From: Eledone cirrhosa
Lineage: Eukaryota
DNA: 64,000 bases
Direction of reading: 5' to 3'
Assembly: GCA_964016885.1 (NCBI GenBank)
Contig: OZ024742.1
Location: 343,480,001 to 343,544,000, forward strand
Shown: in pieces, positions 37,301 to 52,300 of the stretch
Numbering within the stretch: position 1 is the first letter of the stretch
Layout of the letters: each line of letters starts with the position of its first letter
Position numbers and translations under genes: made by a program
Notes under the pieces: generated by a model
What the model was told of the DNA's origin: nothing
Seen by the model: only the letters and a program-made list of their open reading frames with translations
The model's database searches: none

Positions 37301-40300
37301 AGAGAGATATATTTAGGGAATAGATGTAGTGTTACTGTCTTCCAATAAAGAGATATATTTCGGGAATAGATGTAGTGTTACTGTCTTCCAGTAGAGAGAG
37401 ATATCTAGGGAATAGATGTAGTGTTACTGTCTTCCAGTAGAGAGATATATTTAGTGAATAGATGTAGTGTTATTGTCTTCCAGTAGAGAGATATATTTAG
37501 GGAATAGATGTAGTGTTACTGTCTTCCAATAAAGAGATATATTTCGGGAATAGATGTAGTGTTACTGTCTTCCAGTAGAGAGAGATATCTAGGGAATAGA
37601 TGTAGTGTTACTGTCTTCCAGTAGAGAGATATATTTAGGGAATAGATGTAGTGTTACTGTCTTCCAGTAGAGATATATTTAGGGAATAGATGTAGTGTTA
37701 CTGTCTTCCAATAAAGAGATATATTTCGGGAATAGATGTAGTGTTACTGTCTTCCAGTAGAGAGATGTATTTAGGGAATAGATGTAGTGTTACTGTCTTC
37801 CAATAAAGAGATATAATTAGGGAATAGATGTAGTGTTACTCTCTTCCAGTAGAGATATATTTATGGAATAGATATAGTGTTACTGTCTTCCAGTAGAGAG
37901 ATATATTTAGGGAATAGATGTAGTGTTACTGTCTTCCAGTAGAGATATATATAGGGAATAGATGTAGTGTTACTGTCTTCCAATAAAGAGATATATTTCG
38001 GGAATAGATGAGAGTGTTTCTGTCTTCCAATAAAGAGATATATTTAGGGAATAGACGTAATGTTACTCTCTTCCAGTAGAGATATATTTAGGGAATAGAT
38101 ATAGTGTTACTGTCTTCCAGTAGAGAGATATATTTAGGGAATAGATGTAGTGTTACTGTCTTCCAGTAGAGATATATTTAGGGAATAGATGTAGTGTTAC
38201 TCTCTTCCAATAGAGAGATATATTTAGGGAATAGATGTAGTGTTACAGTCTTCCAGTAGAGATATATTTAAGGAATAGAGGTAGTGTTACTGTTTTCCAA
38301 TAAAGAGAGATATTTAGGGAATAGATGTAGTGTTACTGTCTTACAATAAAGAGATATATTTAGGGAATAGATGTAGTGTTACTGTCTTCCAGTAGAGAGA
38401 TATATTTAGGAAATAGATATAGTGTTACTGTCTTCCAATAAAGAGATATATTTAGGGAATAGATGTAGTGTTACTCTCTTCCAGTAGAGAGATATATTTA
38501 GGGAATAGATGTAGTGTTACTGTCTTCCAGTAGAGATATATTTAGGGAATAGATGTAGTTTGTACTGTCTTCCAATAAAGAGATATATTTCGGGAATAGA
38601 TGTAGTGTTACTGTCTTCCAGTAGAGAGATGTATTTAGGGAATAGATGTAGTGTTACTGTCTTCCAATAAAGAGATATATTTAGGGAATAGATGTAGTGT
38701 TACTCTCTTCCAGTAGAGATATATTTAGGGAATAGATATAGTGTTACTGTCTTCCAGTAGAGAGATATATTTAGGGAATAGATGTAGTGTTACTGTCTTC
38801 CAGTAGAGATATATTTAGGGAAGAGATGTAGTGTTACTGTCTTCCAATAAAGAGATATATTTAGGGAATAGATGTAGTGTTACTCTCTTCCAGTAGAGAT
38901 ATATTTAGGGAATAGATATAGTGTTACTGTCTTCCAGTAGAGAGATATATTTAGGGAATAGATGTAGCACTACTCTCTTCCAATAGAGAGATATATTTAG
39001 GGAATAGATGTAGTGTTACAGTCTTCCAGTAGAGAGATATATTTAGGGAATAGATGTAGTGTTACTGTCTTCCAATAAAGAGATATATTTAGGGAATAGA
39101 TGTAGTGTTACTCTCTTCCAGTAGAGAGATATATATAGGGAATAGATGCAGTGTTACTGTCTTCCAGTAGAGAGATATATTTAGGGAATAGATGTAGTGT
39201 TACTGTCTTCCAGTAGAGAGATATATTTAGGGAATAGATGTAGTGTTACTGTCTTCCAGTAGAGAGATATATTTAGGGAATAGATGTAGTGTGACTGTCT
39301 TCCAGTAGAGATATATCTAGGGAATAGATGTAGTGCTACTGTCTTCCAGTAGAGAGATATATTTAGGGAATAGATGTAGTGTTACTGTCTTCCAGTAGAT
39401 ATATTTAGGGAATAGATGTAGTGTTACTGTCTTCCAGTAGAGAGATATATTTAGGGAATAGATGTAGTGTTACTCTCTTCCAATAGAGAGATATATTTAG
39501 GGAATAGATGTAGTGTTACAGTCTTCCAGTAGAGATATATTTAAGGAATAGATGTAGTGTTACTGTTTTCCAATAAAGAGAGATATTTAGGGAATAGATG
39601 TAGTGTTACTGTCTTACAATAAAGAGATATATTTAGGGAATAGATGTAGTAGAGAAATATATTTAGGGAATAGATGTAGTATTACTGTCTTCCAGTAGAG
39701 AGATATATTTAGGGAATAGATGTAGTGTTACTGTCTTCCAATAAAGAGATATATTTAGGGAATAGATGTAGTGTTACTCTCTTCCAGTAGAGAGATATAT
39801 ATAGGGAATAGATGCAGTGTTACTGTCTTCCAGTAGAGAGATATATTTAGGTAATAGATGTAGTGTTACTGTCTTCCAGTAGAGATATATTTAGGGAATA
39901 GATGTAGTGTTACTGTCTTCCAGTAGATATATTTAGGGAATAGATGTTGTGTTACTGTCTTCCAGTAGAGAGATATATTTAGGGAATAGATGTAGTGTTA
40001 CTCTCTTCCAATAGAGAGATATATTTAGGGAATAGATGTAGTGTTACAGTCTTCCAGTAGAGATATATTTAAGGAATAGATGTAGTGTTACTGTTTTCCA
40101 ATAAAGAGAGATATTTAGGGAATAGATGTAGTGTTACTGTCTTACAATAACGAGATATATTTAGGGAATAGATGTAGTAGAGAGATATATTTAGGGAATA
40201 GATGTAGTGTTACTGTCTTCCAGTAGAGATATATATTTAGGGAATAGTTGTACTGTTACTGTCTTCCAATAAAGAGATATATTTAGGGAATAGATGTAGT

Positions 40301-43300
40301 GTTACTCTCTTCCAGTAGAGAGATATATATAGGGAATAGATGCAGTGTTACTGTCTTCCAGTAGAGAGATATATTTAGGGAATAGATGTAGTGTTACTGT
40401 CTTTCAATAGAGAGATATATTTAGGGAATAGATGTAGTGTTACTGTCTTCCAGTAGAGAGATATGTTTAGGGAATAGATGTAGTGTTACTGTCTTCCAAT
40501 AAAGAGATATATTTCGGGAATAGATGGAGTGTTACTGTCTTCCAGTAGTGAGAGATATTTAGGGAATAGATGTAGTGTTACTGTCTTCCAATAAAGAGAT
40601 ATATTTAGGGAATAGATGTAGTGTTACTCTCTTCCAGTAGAGATATATTTAGGGAATAGATATAGTGTTACTGTCTTCCAGTAGAGAGATATATTTAGGG
40701 AATAGATGTAGTGTTACTGTCTTCCAGTAGAGATATATTTAGGGAATAGATGTAGCGTTACTCTCTTCCAATAGAGAGATATATTTAGGGAATAGATGTA
40801 GTGTTACAGTCTTCCAGTAGAGATATATTTAAGGAATAGATGTAGTGTTACTGTTTTCCAATAAAGAGAGATATTTAGGGAATAGATGTAGTGTTACTGT
40901 CTTACAATAAAGAGATATATTTAGGGAATAGATGTAGTAGAGAGATATATTTAGGGAATAGATGTAGTGTTACTGTCTTCCAGTAGAGAGATATATTTAG
41001 GGAATAGATGTATTGTTACTGTCTTCCAATAAAGAGATATATTTAGGGAATAGATGTAGTGTTACTCTCTTCCAGTAGAGAGATATATATAGGGAATAGA
41101 TGCAGTGTTACTGTCTTCCAGTAGAGAGATATATTTAGGGAATAGATGTAGTGTTACTGTCTTCCAGTAGAGAGATATATTTAGGGAATAGATGTAGTGT
41201 TACTGTCTTCCAGTAGAGAGATATATTTAGGGAATAGATGTAGTGTTACTCTCTTCCAATAGAGAGATATATTTAGGGAATAGATGTAGTGTTACAGTTT
41301 TCCAGTAGAGATATATTTAAGGAATAGATGTAGTGTTACTGTTTTCCAATAAAGAGAGATATTTAGGGAATAGATGTAGTGTTACTGTCTTACAATAAAG
41401 AGATATATTTAGGGAATACATGTAGTAGAGAGATATATTTAGGGAATAGATGTAGTGTTACTGTCTTCCAGTAGAGAGATATATTTAGGGAATAGATGTA
41501 GTGTTACTGTCTTCCAATAAAGAGATATATATAGGGAATAGATGCAGTGTTACTGTCTTCCAGTAGAGAGATATATTTAGGGAATAGACGTAGTGTTACT
41601 GTCTTCCAGTAGAGATATATTTAGGGAATAGATGTAGTGTTACTGTCTTCCAGTAGATATATTTAGGGAATAGATGTAGTGTTACTGTCTTCCAATAAAG
41701 AGATATATTTCGGGAATAGATGTAGTGTTACTGTCTTCCAGTAGAGAGATGTATTTAGGGAATAGATGTAGTGTTAATGTCTTCCAATAAAGAGATATAT
41801 TTAGGGAATAGATGTAGTGTTACTCTCTTCCAGTAGAGATATATTTAGGGAATAGATATAGTGTTACTGTCTTCCAGTAGAGAGATATATTTAGGGAATA
41901 GATGTAGTGTTACTGTCTTCCAGTAGAGATATATTTAGGGAATAGATGTAGTGTTACTGTCTTCCAATAAAGAGATATATTTAGGGAATAGATGTAGTGT
42001 TACTGTCTTCCAGTAGAGAGATATATTTAGGGAATAGATGTAGTGTTACTGTCTTCCAGTAGAGATACATTTAGGGAATAGATATAGTGCTACTGTCTTC
42101 CAGTAGATATATTTAGGGAATAGATGTAGTGTTACTGTCTTCCAGTAGAGAGATATATTTAGGGAATAGATGTAGTGTTTCTCTCTTCCAGTAGAGATAT
42201 ATTTAGGGAATAGATTTAGTGTTACGGTCTTCCAGTAAAGAGATATATTTAGGGAATAGATGTAGTGTGACTGTCTTCCAGTAGAGATATATTTAGGGAA
42301 TAGATGTAGTGCTACTGTCTTCCAGTAGAGAGATATATTTAGGGAATAGATGTAGTGTTACTGTCTTCCAGTAGATATATTTAGGGAATAGATGTAGTGT
42401 TACTGTCTTCCAGTAGAGAGATATATTTAGGGAATAGATGTAGTGTAACTGTCTTCCAGTAGAGATATATTTAGGGAATAGATGTAGTGTTACTGTCTTC
42501 CAATAAAGAGATATATTTAGGGAATAGATGTAGTGTTACTGTCTTCCAATAAAGAGATATATCTAGGGAAGAGATGTAGTGTTACTGTCTTCCAGTAGAG
42601 AGATATATTTAGGGAATAGATGTAGTGTTACTGTCTTCCAGTAGAGATATATTTAGGGAATAGATGAGTGTTACTGTCTTCCAATAAAGAGATATATTTC
42701 GGGAATAGATGTAGTGTTACTGTCTTCCAGTAGAGATATATTTAGGGAATAGATATAGTGTTACTGTCTTCCAGTAGAGAGATATATTTAGGGAATAGAT
42801 GTAGTGTTACTGTCTTCCAGTAGAGATATATTTAGGGAATAGATGTAGTGTTACTGTCTTCCAATAATGAGATATATTTCGGGAATAGATGTAGTGTTAC
42901 TGTCTTCCAGTAGAGAGAGATATTTAGGGAATAGATGTAGTGTTACTGTCTTCCAATAAAGAGATATATTTAGGGAATAGATGTAGTGTTACTCTCTTCC
43001 AGTAGAGATATATTTAGGGAATAGATATAGTGTTACTGTCTTCCAGTAGAGAGATATATTTAGGGAATACATGTAGTGTTACTGTCTTCCAGTAGAGATA
43101 TATTTAGGGAATAGATGTAGTGTTACTCTATTCCAATAGAGAGATATATTTAGGGAATAGATGTAGTGTTACAGTCTTCCAGTAGAGATATATTTAAGGA
43201 ATAGATGTAGTGTTACTGTTTTCCAATAAAGAGAGATATTTAGGGAATAGATGTAGTGTTACTGTCTTACAATAAAGAGATATATTTAGGGAATAGATGT

Positions 43301-46300
43301 AGTAGAGAGATATATTTAGGGAATAGATGTAGTAGAGAGATATATTTAGGGAATAGATGTAGTGTTACTGTATTCCAGTAGAGAGATATTTAGGGAATAG
43401 ATGTAGTGTTACTGTCTTCCAATAGAGAGATATATTTAGGGAATAGATGTAGTGTTACTGTCTTCCAATAAAGAGAGAAATTTAGGGAATAGATGTAGTG
43501 TTACTCTCTTCCAGTAGAGAGAGATATTTAGGGAATAGATGTAGTGTTACAGTCTTCCAGTAGAGATATATTTAGGGAATAGATGTAGTGTTACTGTATT
43601 CCAATAAAGAGATATATTTAGGGAATAGATGTAGTTGTACTGTCTTCCAGTAGAGATATATTTAGGGAATAGATGTAGTGTTACTGTCTTCGAGTAGAGA
43701 GATATATTTAGGGAATAGATGTAGGGTTTCTCTCTTCCAGTAGAGATATATTTAGGGAATAGATGTAGTGTTACGGTCTTCCAGTAAAGAGGTATATTTA
43801 GGGAATAGATGTAGTGTTACTGTCTTCCAGTAGAGAGAGATATCTAGGGAATAGATGTAGTGTTACTGTCTTCCAGTAGAGAGATATATTTAGTGAATAG
43901 ATGTAGTGTTATTGTCTTCCAGTAGAGAGATATATTTAGGGAATAGATGTAGTGTTACTGTCTTCCAATAAAGAGATATATTTCGGGAATAGATGTAGTG
44001 TTACTGTCTTCCAGTAGAGAGAGATATCTAGGGAATAGATGTAGTGTTACTGTCTTCCAATAAAGAGATATAATTAGGGAATAGATGTAGTGTTACTCTC
44101 TTCCAGTAGAGATATATTTATGGAATAGATATAGTGTTACTGTCTTCCAGTAGAGAGATATATTTAGGGAATAGATGTAGTGTTACTGTCTTCCAGTAGA
44201 GATATATATAGGGAATAGATGTAGTGTTACTGTCTTCCAATAAAGAGATATATTTCGGGAATAGATGAGAGTGTTTCTGTCTTCCAATAAAGAGATATAT
44301 TTAGGGAATAGACGTAATGTTACTCTCTTCCAGTAGAGATATATTTAGGGAATAGATATAGTGTTACTGTCTTCCAGTAGAGAGATATATTTAGGGAATA
44401 GATGTAGTGTTACTGTCTTCCAGTAGAGATATATTTAGGGAATAGATGTAGTGTTACTCTCTTCCAATAGAGAGATATATTTAGGGAATAGATGTAGTGT
44501 TACAGTCTTCCAGTAGAGATATATTTAAGGAATAGAGGTAGTGTTACTGTTTTCCAATAAAGAGAGATATTTAGGGAATAGATGTAGTGTTACTGTCTTA
44601 CAATAAAGAGATATATTTAGGGAATAGATGTAGTGTTACTGTCTTCCAGTAGAGAGATATATTTAGGAAATAGATATAGTGTTACTCTCTTCCAATAAAG
44701 AGATATATTTAGGGAATAGATGTAGTGTTACTCTCTTCCAGTAGAGAGATATATTTAGGGAATAGATGTAGTGTTACTGTCTTCCAGTAGAGATATATTT
44801 AGGGAATAGATGTAGTTTTTACTGTCTTCCAATAAAGAGATATATTTCGGGAATAGATGTAGTGTTACTGTCTTCCAGTAGAGAGATGTATTTAGGGAAT
44901 AGATGTAGTGTTACTGTCTTCCAATAAAGAGATATATTTAGGGAATAGATGTAGTGTTACTCTCTTCCAGTAGAGATATATTTAGGGAATAGATATAGTG
45001 TTACTGTCTTCCAGTAGAGAGATATATTTAGGGAATAGATGTAGTGTTACTGTCTTCCAGTAGAGATATATTTAGGGAAGAGATGTAGTGTTACTGTCTT
45101 CCAATAAAGAGATATATTTAGGGAATAGATGTAGTGTTACTCTCTTCCAGTAGAGATATATTTAGGGAATAGATATAGTGTTACTGTCTTCCAGTAGAGA
45201 GATATATTTAGGGAATAGATGTAGCGCTACTCTCTTCCAATAGAGAGATATATTTAGGGAATAGATGTAGTGTTACAGTCTTCCAGTAGAGAGATATATT
45301 TAGGGAATAGATGTAGTGTTACTGTCTTCCAATAAAGAGATATATTTAGGGAATAGATGTAGTGTTACTCTCTTCCAGTAGAGAGATATATATAGGGAAT
45401 AGATGCAGTGTTACTGTCTTCCAGTATAGAGATATATTTAGGGAATAGATGTAGTGTTACTGTCTTCCAGTAGAGAGATATATTTAGGGAATAGATGTAG
45501 TGTTACTGTCTTCCAGTAGAGAGATATATTTAGGGAATAGATGTAGTGTGACTGTCTTCCAGTAGAGATATATTTAGGGAATAGATGTAGTGCTACTGTC
45601 TTCCAGTAGAGAGATATATTTAGGGAATAGATGTAGTGTTACTGTCTTCCAGTAGATATATTTAGGGAATAGATGTAGTGTTACTGTCTTCCAGTAGAGA
45701 GATATATTTAGGGAATAGATGTAGTGTTACTCTCTTCCAATAGAGAGATATATTTAGGGAATAGATGTAGTGTTACAGTCTTCCAGTAGAGATATATTTA
45801 AGGAATAGATGTAGTGTTACTGTTTTCCAATAAAGAGAGATATTTAGGGAATAGATGTAGTGTTACTGTCTTACAATAAAGAGATATATTTAGGGAATAG
45901 ATGTAGTAGAGAAATATATTTAGGGAATAGATGTAGTATTACTGTCTTCCAGTAGAGAGATATATTTAGGGAATAGATGTAGTGTTACTGTCTTCCAATA
46001 AAGAGATATATTTAGGGAATAGATGTAGTGTTACTCTCTTCCAGTAGAGAGATATATATAGGCAATAGATGCAGTGTTACTGTCTTCCAGTAGAGAGATA
46101 TATTTAGGTAATAGATGTAGTGTTACTGTCTTCCAGTAGAGATATATTTAGGGAATAGATGTAGTGTTACTGTCTTCCAGTAGATATATTTAGGGAATAG
46201 ATGTTGTGTTACTGTCTTCCAGTAGAGAGATATATTTAGGGAATAGATGTAGTGTTACTCTCTTCCAATAGAGAGATATATTTAGGGAATAGATGTAGTG

Positions 46301-49300
46301 TTACAGTCTTCCAGTAGAGATATATTTAAGGAATAGATGTAGTGTTACTGTTTTCCAATAAAGAGAGATATTTAGGGAATAGATGTAGTGTTACTGTCTT
46401 ACAATAACGAGATATATTTAGGGAATAGATGTAGTAGAGAGATATATTTAGGGAATAGATGTAGTGTTACTGTCTTCCAGTAGAGATATATATTTAGGGA
46501 ATAGTTGTACTGTTACTGTCTTCCAATAAAGAGATATATTTAGGGAATAGATGTAGTGTTACTCTCTTCCAGTAGAGAGATATATATAGGGAATAGATGC
46601 AGTGTTACTGTCTTCCAGTAGAGAGATATATTTAGGGAATAGATGTAGTGTTACTGTCTTTCAATAGAGAGATATATTTAGGGAATAGATGTAGTGTTAC
46701 TGTCTTCCAGTAGAGAGATATATTTAGGGAATAGATGTAGTGTTACTGTCTTCCAGTAGAGAGATATGTTTAGGGAATAGATGTAGTGTTACTGTCTTCC
46801 AATAAAGAGATATATTTAGGGAATAGATGTAGTGTTACTCTCTTCCAGTAGAGATATATTTAGGGAATAGATATAGTGTTACTGTCTTCCAGTAGAGAGA
46901 TATATTTAGGGAATAGATGTAGTGTTACTGTCTTACAATAAAGAGATATATTTAGGGAATAGATGTAGTAGAGAGATATATTTAGGGAATAGATGTAGTA
47001 GAGAGATATATTTAGGGAATAGATGTAGTGTTACTGTATTCCAGTAGAGAGATATTTAGGGAATAGATGTAGTGTTACTGTCTTCCAATAAAGAGAGAAA
47101 TTTAGGGAATAGATGTAGTGTTACTCTCTTCCAGTAGAGAGAGATATTTAGGGAATAGATGTAGTGTTACAGTCTTCCAGTAGAGATATATTTAGGTAAT
47201 AGATGTAGTGTTACTGTCTTCCAGTAGAGAGATATATTCAGGGAATAGATGTAGTGTTACTGTCTTCCAGTAGAGAGATATATTTAGTGAATAGATGTAG
47301 TGTTATTGTCTTCCAGTAGAGAGATATATTTAGGGAATAGATGTAGTGTTACTGTCTTCCAATAAAGAGATATATTTCGGGAATAGATGTAGTGTTACTG
47401 TCTTCCAGTAGAGAGAGATATCTAGGGAATAGATGTAGTGTTACTGTCTTCCAGTAGAGAGATATATTTAGGGAATAGATGTAGTGTTACTGTCTTCCAG
47501 TAGAGATATATTTAGGGAATAGATGTAGTGTTACTGTCTTCCAATAAAGAGATATATTTCGGGAATAGATGTAGTGTTACTGTCTTCCAGTAGAGAGATG
47601 TATTTAGGGAATAGATGTAGTGTTACTGTCTTCCAATAAAGAGATATAATTAGGGAATAGATGTAGTGTTACTCTCTTCCAGTAGAGATATATTTATGGA
47701 ATAGATATAGTGTTACTGTCTTCCAGTAGAGAGATATATTTAGGGAATAGATGTAGTGTTACTGTCTTCCAGTAGAGATATATATAGGGAATAGATGTAG
47801 TGTTACTGTCTTCCAATAAAGAGATATATTTCGGGAATAGATGAGAGTGTTTCTGTCTTCCAATAAAGAGATATATTTAGGGAATAGACGTAATGTTACT
47901 CTCTTCCAGTAGAGATATATTTAGGGAATAGATATAGTGTTACTGTCTTCCAGTAGTGAGAGATATTTAGGGAATAGATGTAGTGTTACTGTCTTCCAGT
48001 AGAGATATATTTAGGGAATAGATGTAGTGTTACTCTCTTCCAATAGAGAGATATATTTAGGGAATAGATGTAGTGTTACAGTCTTCCAGTAGAGATATAT
48101 TTAAGGAATAGAGGTAGTGTTACTGTTTTCCAATAAAGAGAGATATTTAGGGAATAGATGTAGTGTTACTGTCTTACAATAAAGAGATATATTTAGGGAA
48201 TAGATGTAGTGTTACTGTCTTCCAGTAGAGAGATATATTTAGGAAATAGATATAGTGTTACTGTCTTCCAATAAAGAGATATATTTAGGGAATAGATGTA
48301 GTGTTACTCTCTTCCAGTAGAGAGATATATTTAGGGAATAGATGTAGTGTTACTGTCTTCCAGTAGAGATATATTTAGGGAATAGATGTAGTTTTTACTG
48401 TCTTCCAATAAAGAGATATATTTCGGGAATAGATGTAGTGTTACTGTCTTCCAGTAGAGAGATGTATTTAGGGAATAGATGTAGTGTTACTGTCTTCCAA
48501 TAAAGAGATATATTTAGGGAATAGATGTAGTGTTACTCTCTTCCAGTAGAGATATATTTAGGGAATAGATATAGTGTTACTGTCTTCCAGTAGAGAGATA
48601 TATTTAGGGAATAGATGTAGTGTTACTGTCTTCCAGTAGAGATATATTTAGGGAAGAGATGTAGTGTTACTGTCTTCCAATAAAGAGATATATTTAGGGA
48701 ATAGATGTAGTGTTACTCTCTTCCAGTAGAGATATATTTAGGGAATAGATATAGTGTTACTGTCTTCCAGTAGAGAGATATATTTAGGGAATAGATGTAG
48801 CGCTACTCTCTTCCAATAGAGAGATATATTTAGGGAATAGATGTAGTGTTACAGTCTTCCAGTAGAGAGATATATTTAGGGAATAGATGTAGTGTTACTG
48901 TCTTCCAATAAAGAGATATATTTAGGGAATAGATGTAGTGTTACTCTCTTCCAGTAGAGAGATATATATAGGGAATAGATGCAGTGTTACTGTCTTCCAG
49001 TAGAGAGATATATTTAGGGAATAGATGTAGTGTTACTGTCTTCCAGTAGAGAGATATATTTAGGGAATAGATGTAGTGTTACTGTCTTCCAGTAGAGAGA
49101 TATATTTAGGGAATAGATGTAGTGTGACTGTCTTCCAGTAGAGATATATTTAGGGAATAGATGTAGTGCTACTGTCTTCCAGTAGAGAGATATATTTAGG
49201 GAATAGATGTAGTGTTACTGTCTTCCAGTAGATATATTTAGGGAATAGATGTAGTGTTACTGTCTTCCAGTAGAGAGATATATTTAGGGAATAGATGTAG

Positions 49301-52300
49301 TGTTACTCTCTTCCAATAGAGAGATATATTTAGGGAATAGATGTAGTGTTACAGTCTTCCAGTAGAGATATATTTAAGGAATAGATGTAGTGTTACTGTT
49401 TTCCAATAAAGAGAGATATTTAGGGAATAGATGTAGTGTTACTGTCTTACAATAAAGAGATATATTTAGGGAATAGATGTAGTAGAGAAATATATTTAGG
49501 GAATAGATGTAGTATTACTGTCTTCCAGTAGAGAGATATATTTAGGGAATAGATGTAGTGTTACTGTCTTCCAATAAAGAGATATATTTAGGGAATAGAT
49601 GTAGTGTTACTCTCTTCCAGTAGAGAGATATATATAGGGAATAGATGCAGTGTTACTGTCTTCCAGTAGAGAGATATATTTAGGTAATAGATGTAGTGTT
49701 ACTGTCTTCCAATAGAGATATATTTAGGGAATAGATGTAGTGTTACTGTCTTCCAGTAGATATATTTAGGGAATAGATGTTGTGTTACTGTCTTCCAGTA
49801 GAGAGATATATTTAGGGAATAGATGTAGTGTTACTCTCTTCCAATAGAGAGATATATTTAGGGAATAGATGTAGTGTTACTCTCTTCCAGTAGAGATATA
49901 TTTAGGGAATAGATATAGTGTTACTGTCTTCCAGTAGAGAGATATGTTTAGGGAATAGATGTAGTGTTACTGTCTTCCAATAAAGAGATATATTTAGGGA
50001 ATAGATGTAGTGTTACTCTCTTCCAGTAGAGATATATTTAGGGAATAGATATAGTGTTACTGTCTTCCAGTAGAGAGATATATTTAGGGAATAGATGTAG
50101 TGTTACTGTCTTCCAGTAGAGATATATTTAGGGAATAGATGTAGCGTTACTCTCTTCCAATAGAGAGATATATTTAGGGAATAGATGTAGTGTTACAGTC
50201 TTCCAGTAGAGATATATTTAAGGAATAGATGTAGTGTTACTGTTTTCCAATAAAGAGAGATATTTAGGGAATAGATGTAGTGTTACTGTCTTACAATAAA
50301 GAGATATATTTAGGGAATAGATGTAGTAGAGAGATATATTTAGGGAATAGATGTAGTGTTACTGTCTTCCAGTAGAGAGATATATTTAGGGAATAGATGT
50401 AGTGTTACTCTCTTCCAATAGAGAGATATATTTAGGGAATAGATGTAGTGTTACTCTCTTCCAGTAGAGATATATTTAGGGAATAGATATAGTGTTACTG
50501 TCTTACAATAAAGAGATATATTTAGGGAATAGATGTAGTAGAGAGATATATTTAGGGAATAGATGTAGTGCTACTGTCTTCCAGTAGAGAGATATATTTA
50601 GGGAATAGATGTAGTGTTACTGTCTTCCAGTAGATATATTTAGGGAATAGATGTTGTGTTACTGTCTTCCAGTAGAGAGATATATTTAGGGAATAGATGT
50701 AGTGTTACTCTCTTCCAATAGAGAGATATATTTAGGGAATAGATGTAGTGTTACTCTCTTCCAGTAGAGATATATTTAGGGAATAGATATAGTGTTACTG
50801 TCTTCCAGTAGAGAGATATGTTTAGGGAATAGATGTAGTGTTACTGTCTTCCAATAAAGAGATATATTTAGGGAATAGATGTAGTGTTACTCTCTTCCAG
50901 TAGAGATATATTTAGGGAATAGATATAGTGTTACTGTCTTCCAGTAGAGAGATATATTTAGGGAATAGATGTAGTGTTACTGTCTTCCAGTAGAGATATA
51001 TTTAGGGAATAGATGTAGCGTTACTCTCTTCCAATAGAGAGATATATTTAGGGAATAGATGTAGTGTTACAGTCTTCCAGTAGAGATATATTTAAGGAAT
51101 AGATGTAGTGTTACTGTTTTCCAATAAAGAGAGATATTTAGGGAATAGATGTAGTGTTACTGTCTTACAATAAAGAGATATATTTAGGGAATAGATGTAG
51201 TAGAGAGATATATTTAGGGAATAGATGTAGTGTTACTGTCTTCCAGTAGAGAGATATATTTAGGGAATAGATGTATTGTTACTGTCTTCCAATAAAGAGA
51301 TATATTTAGGGAATAGATGTAGTGTTACTCTCTTCCAGTAGAGAGATATATATAGGGAATAGATGCAGTGTTACTGTCTTCCAGTAGAGAGATATATTTA
51401 GGGAATAGATGTAGTGTTACTGTCTTCCAGTAGAGAGATATATTTAGGGAATAGATGTAGTGTTACTGTCTTCCAATAAAGAGATATATTTAGGGAATAG
51501 ATGTAGTGTTTCTGTCTTCCAGTATAGATATATTTAGGGAATAGATGTAGTGTTACGGTCTTCCAGTAGAGAGATATATTTAGGGAATAGATGTAGTGTG
51601 ACTGTCTTCCAGTAGAGATATATTTAGGGAATAGATGTACTGTTACTGTCTTCCAGTAGATATATTTAGGGAATAGATGTAGTGTTACTGTCTTCCAGTA
51701 GAGAGATATATTTAGGGAATAGATGTAGTGTTACTCTCTTCCAATAGAGAGATATATTTAGGGAATAGATGTAGTGTTACAGTTTTCCAGTAGAGATATA
51801 TTTAAGGAATAGATGTAGTGTTACTGTTTTCCAATAAAGAGAGATATTTAGGGAATAGATGTAGTGTTACTGTCTTACAATAAAGAGATATATTTAGGGA
51901 ATACATGTAGTAGAGAGATATATTTAGGGAATAGATGTAGTGTTACTGTCTTCCAGTAGAGAGATATATTTAGGGAATAGATGTAGTGTTACTGTCTTCC
52001 AATAAAGAGATATATATAGGGAATAGATGCAGTGTTACTGTCTTCCAGTAGAGAGATATATTTAGGGAATAGACGTAGTGTTACTGTCTTCCAGTAGAGA
52101 TATATTTAGGGAATAGATGTAGTGTTACTGTCTTCCAGTAGATATATTTAGGGAATAGATGTAGTGTTACTGTCTTCCAATAAAGAGATATATTTCGGGA
52201 ATAGATGTAGTGTTACTGTCTTCCAGTAGAGAGATGTATTTAGGGAATAGATGTAGTGTTAATGTCTTCCAATAAAGAGATATACTTAGGGAATAGATGT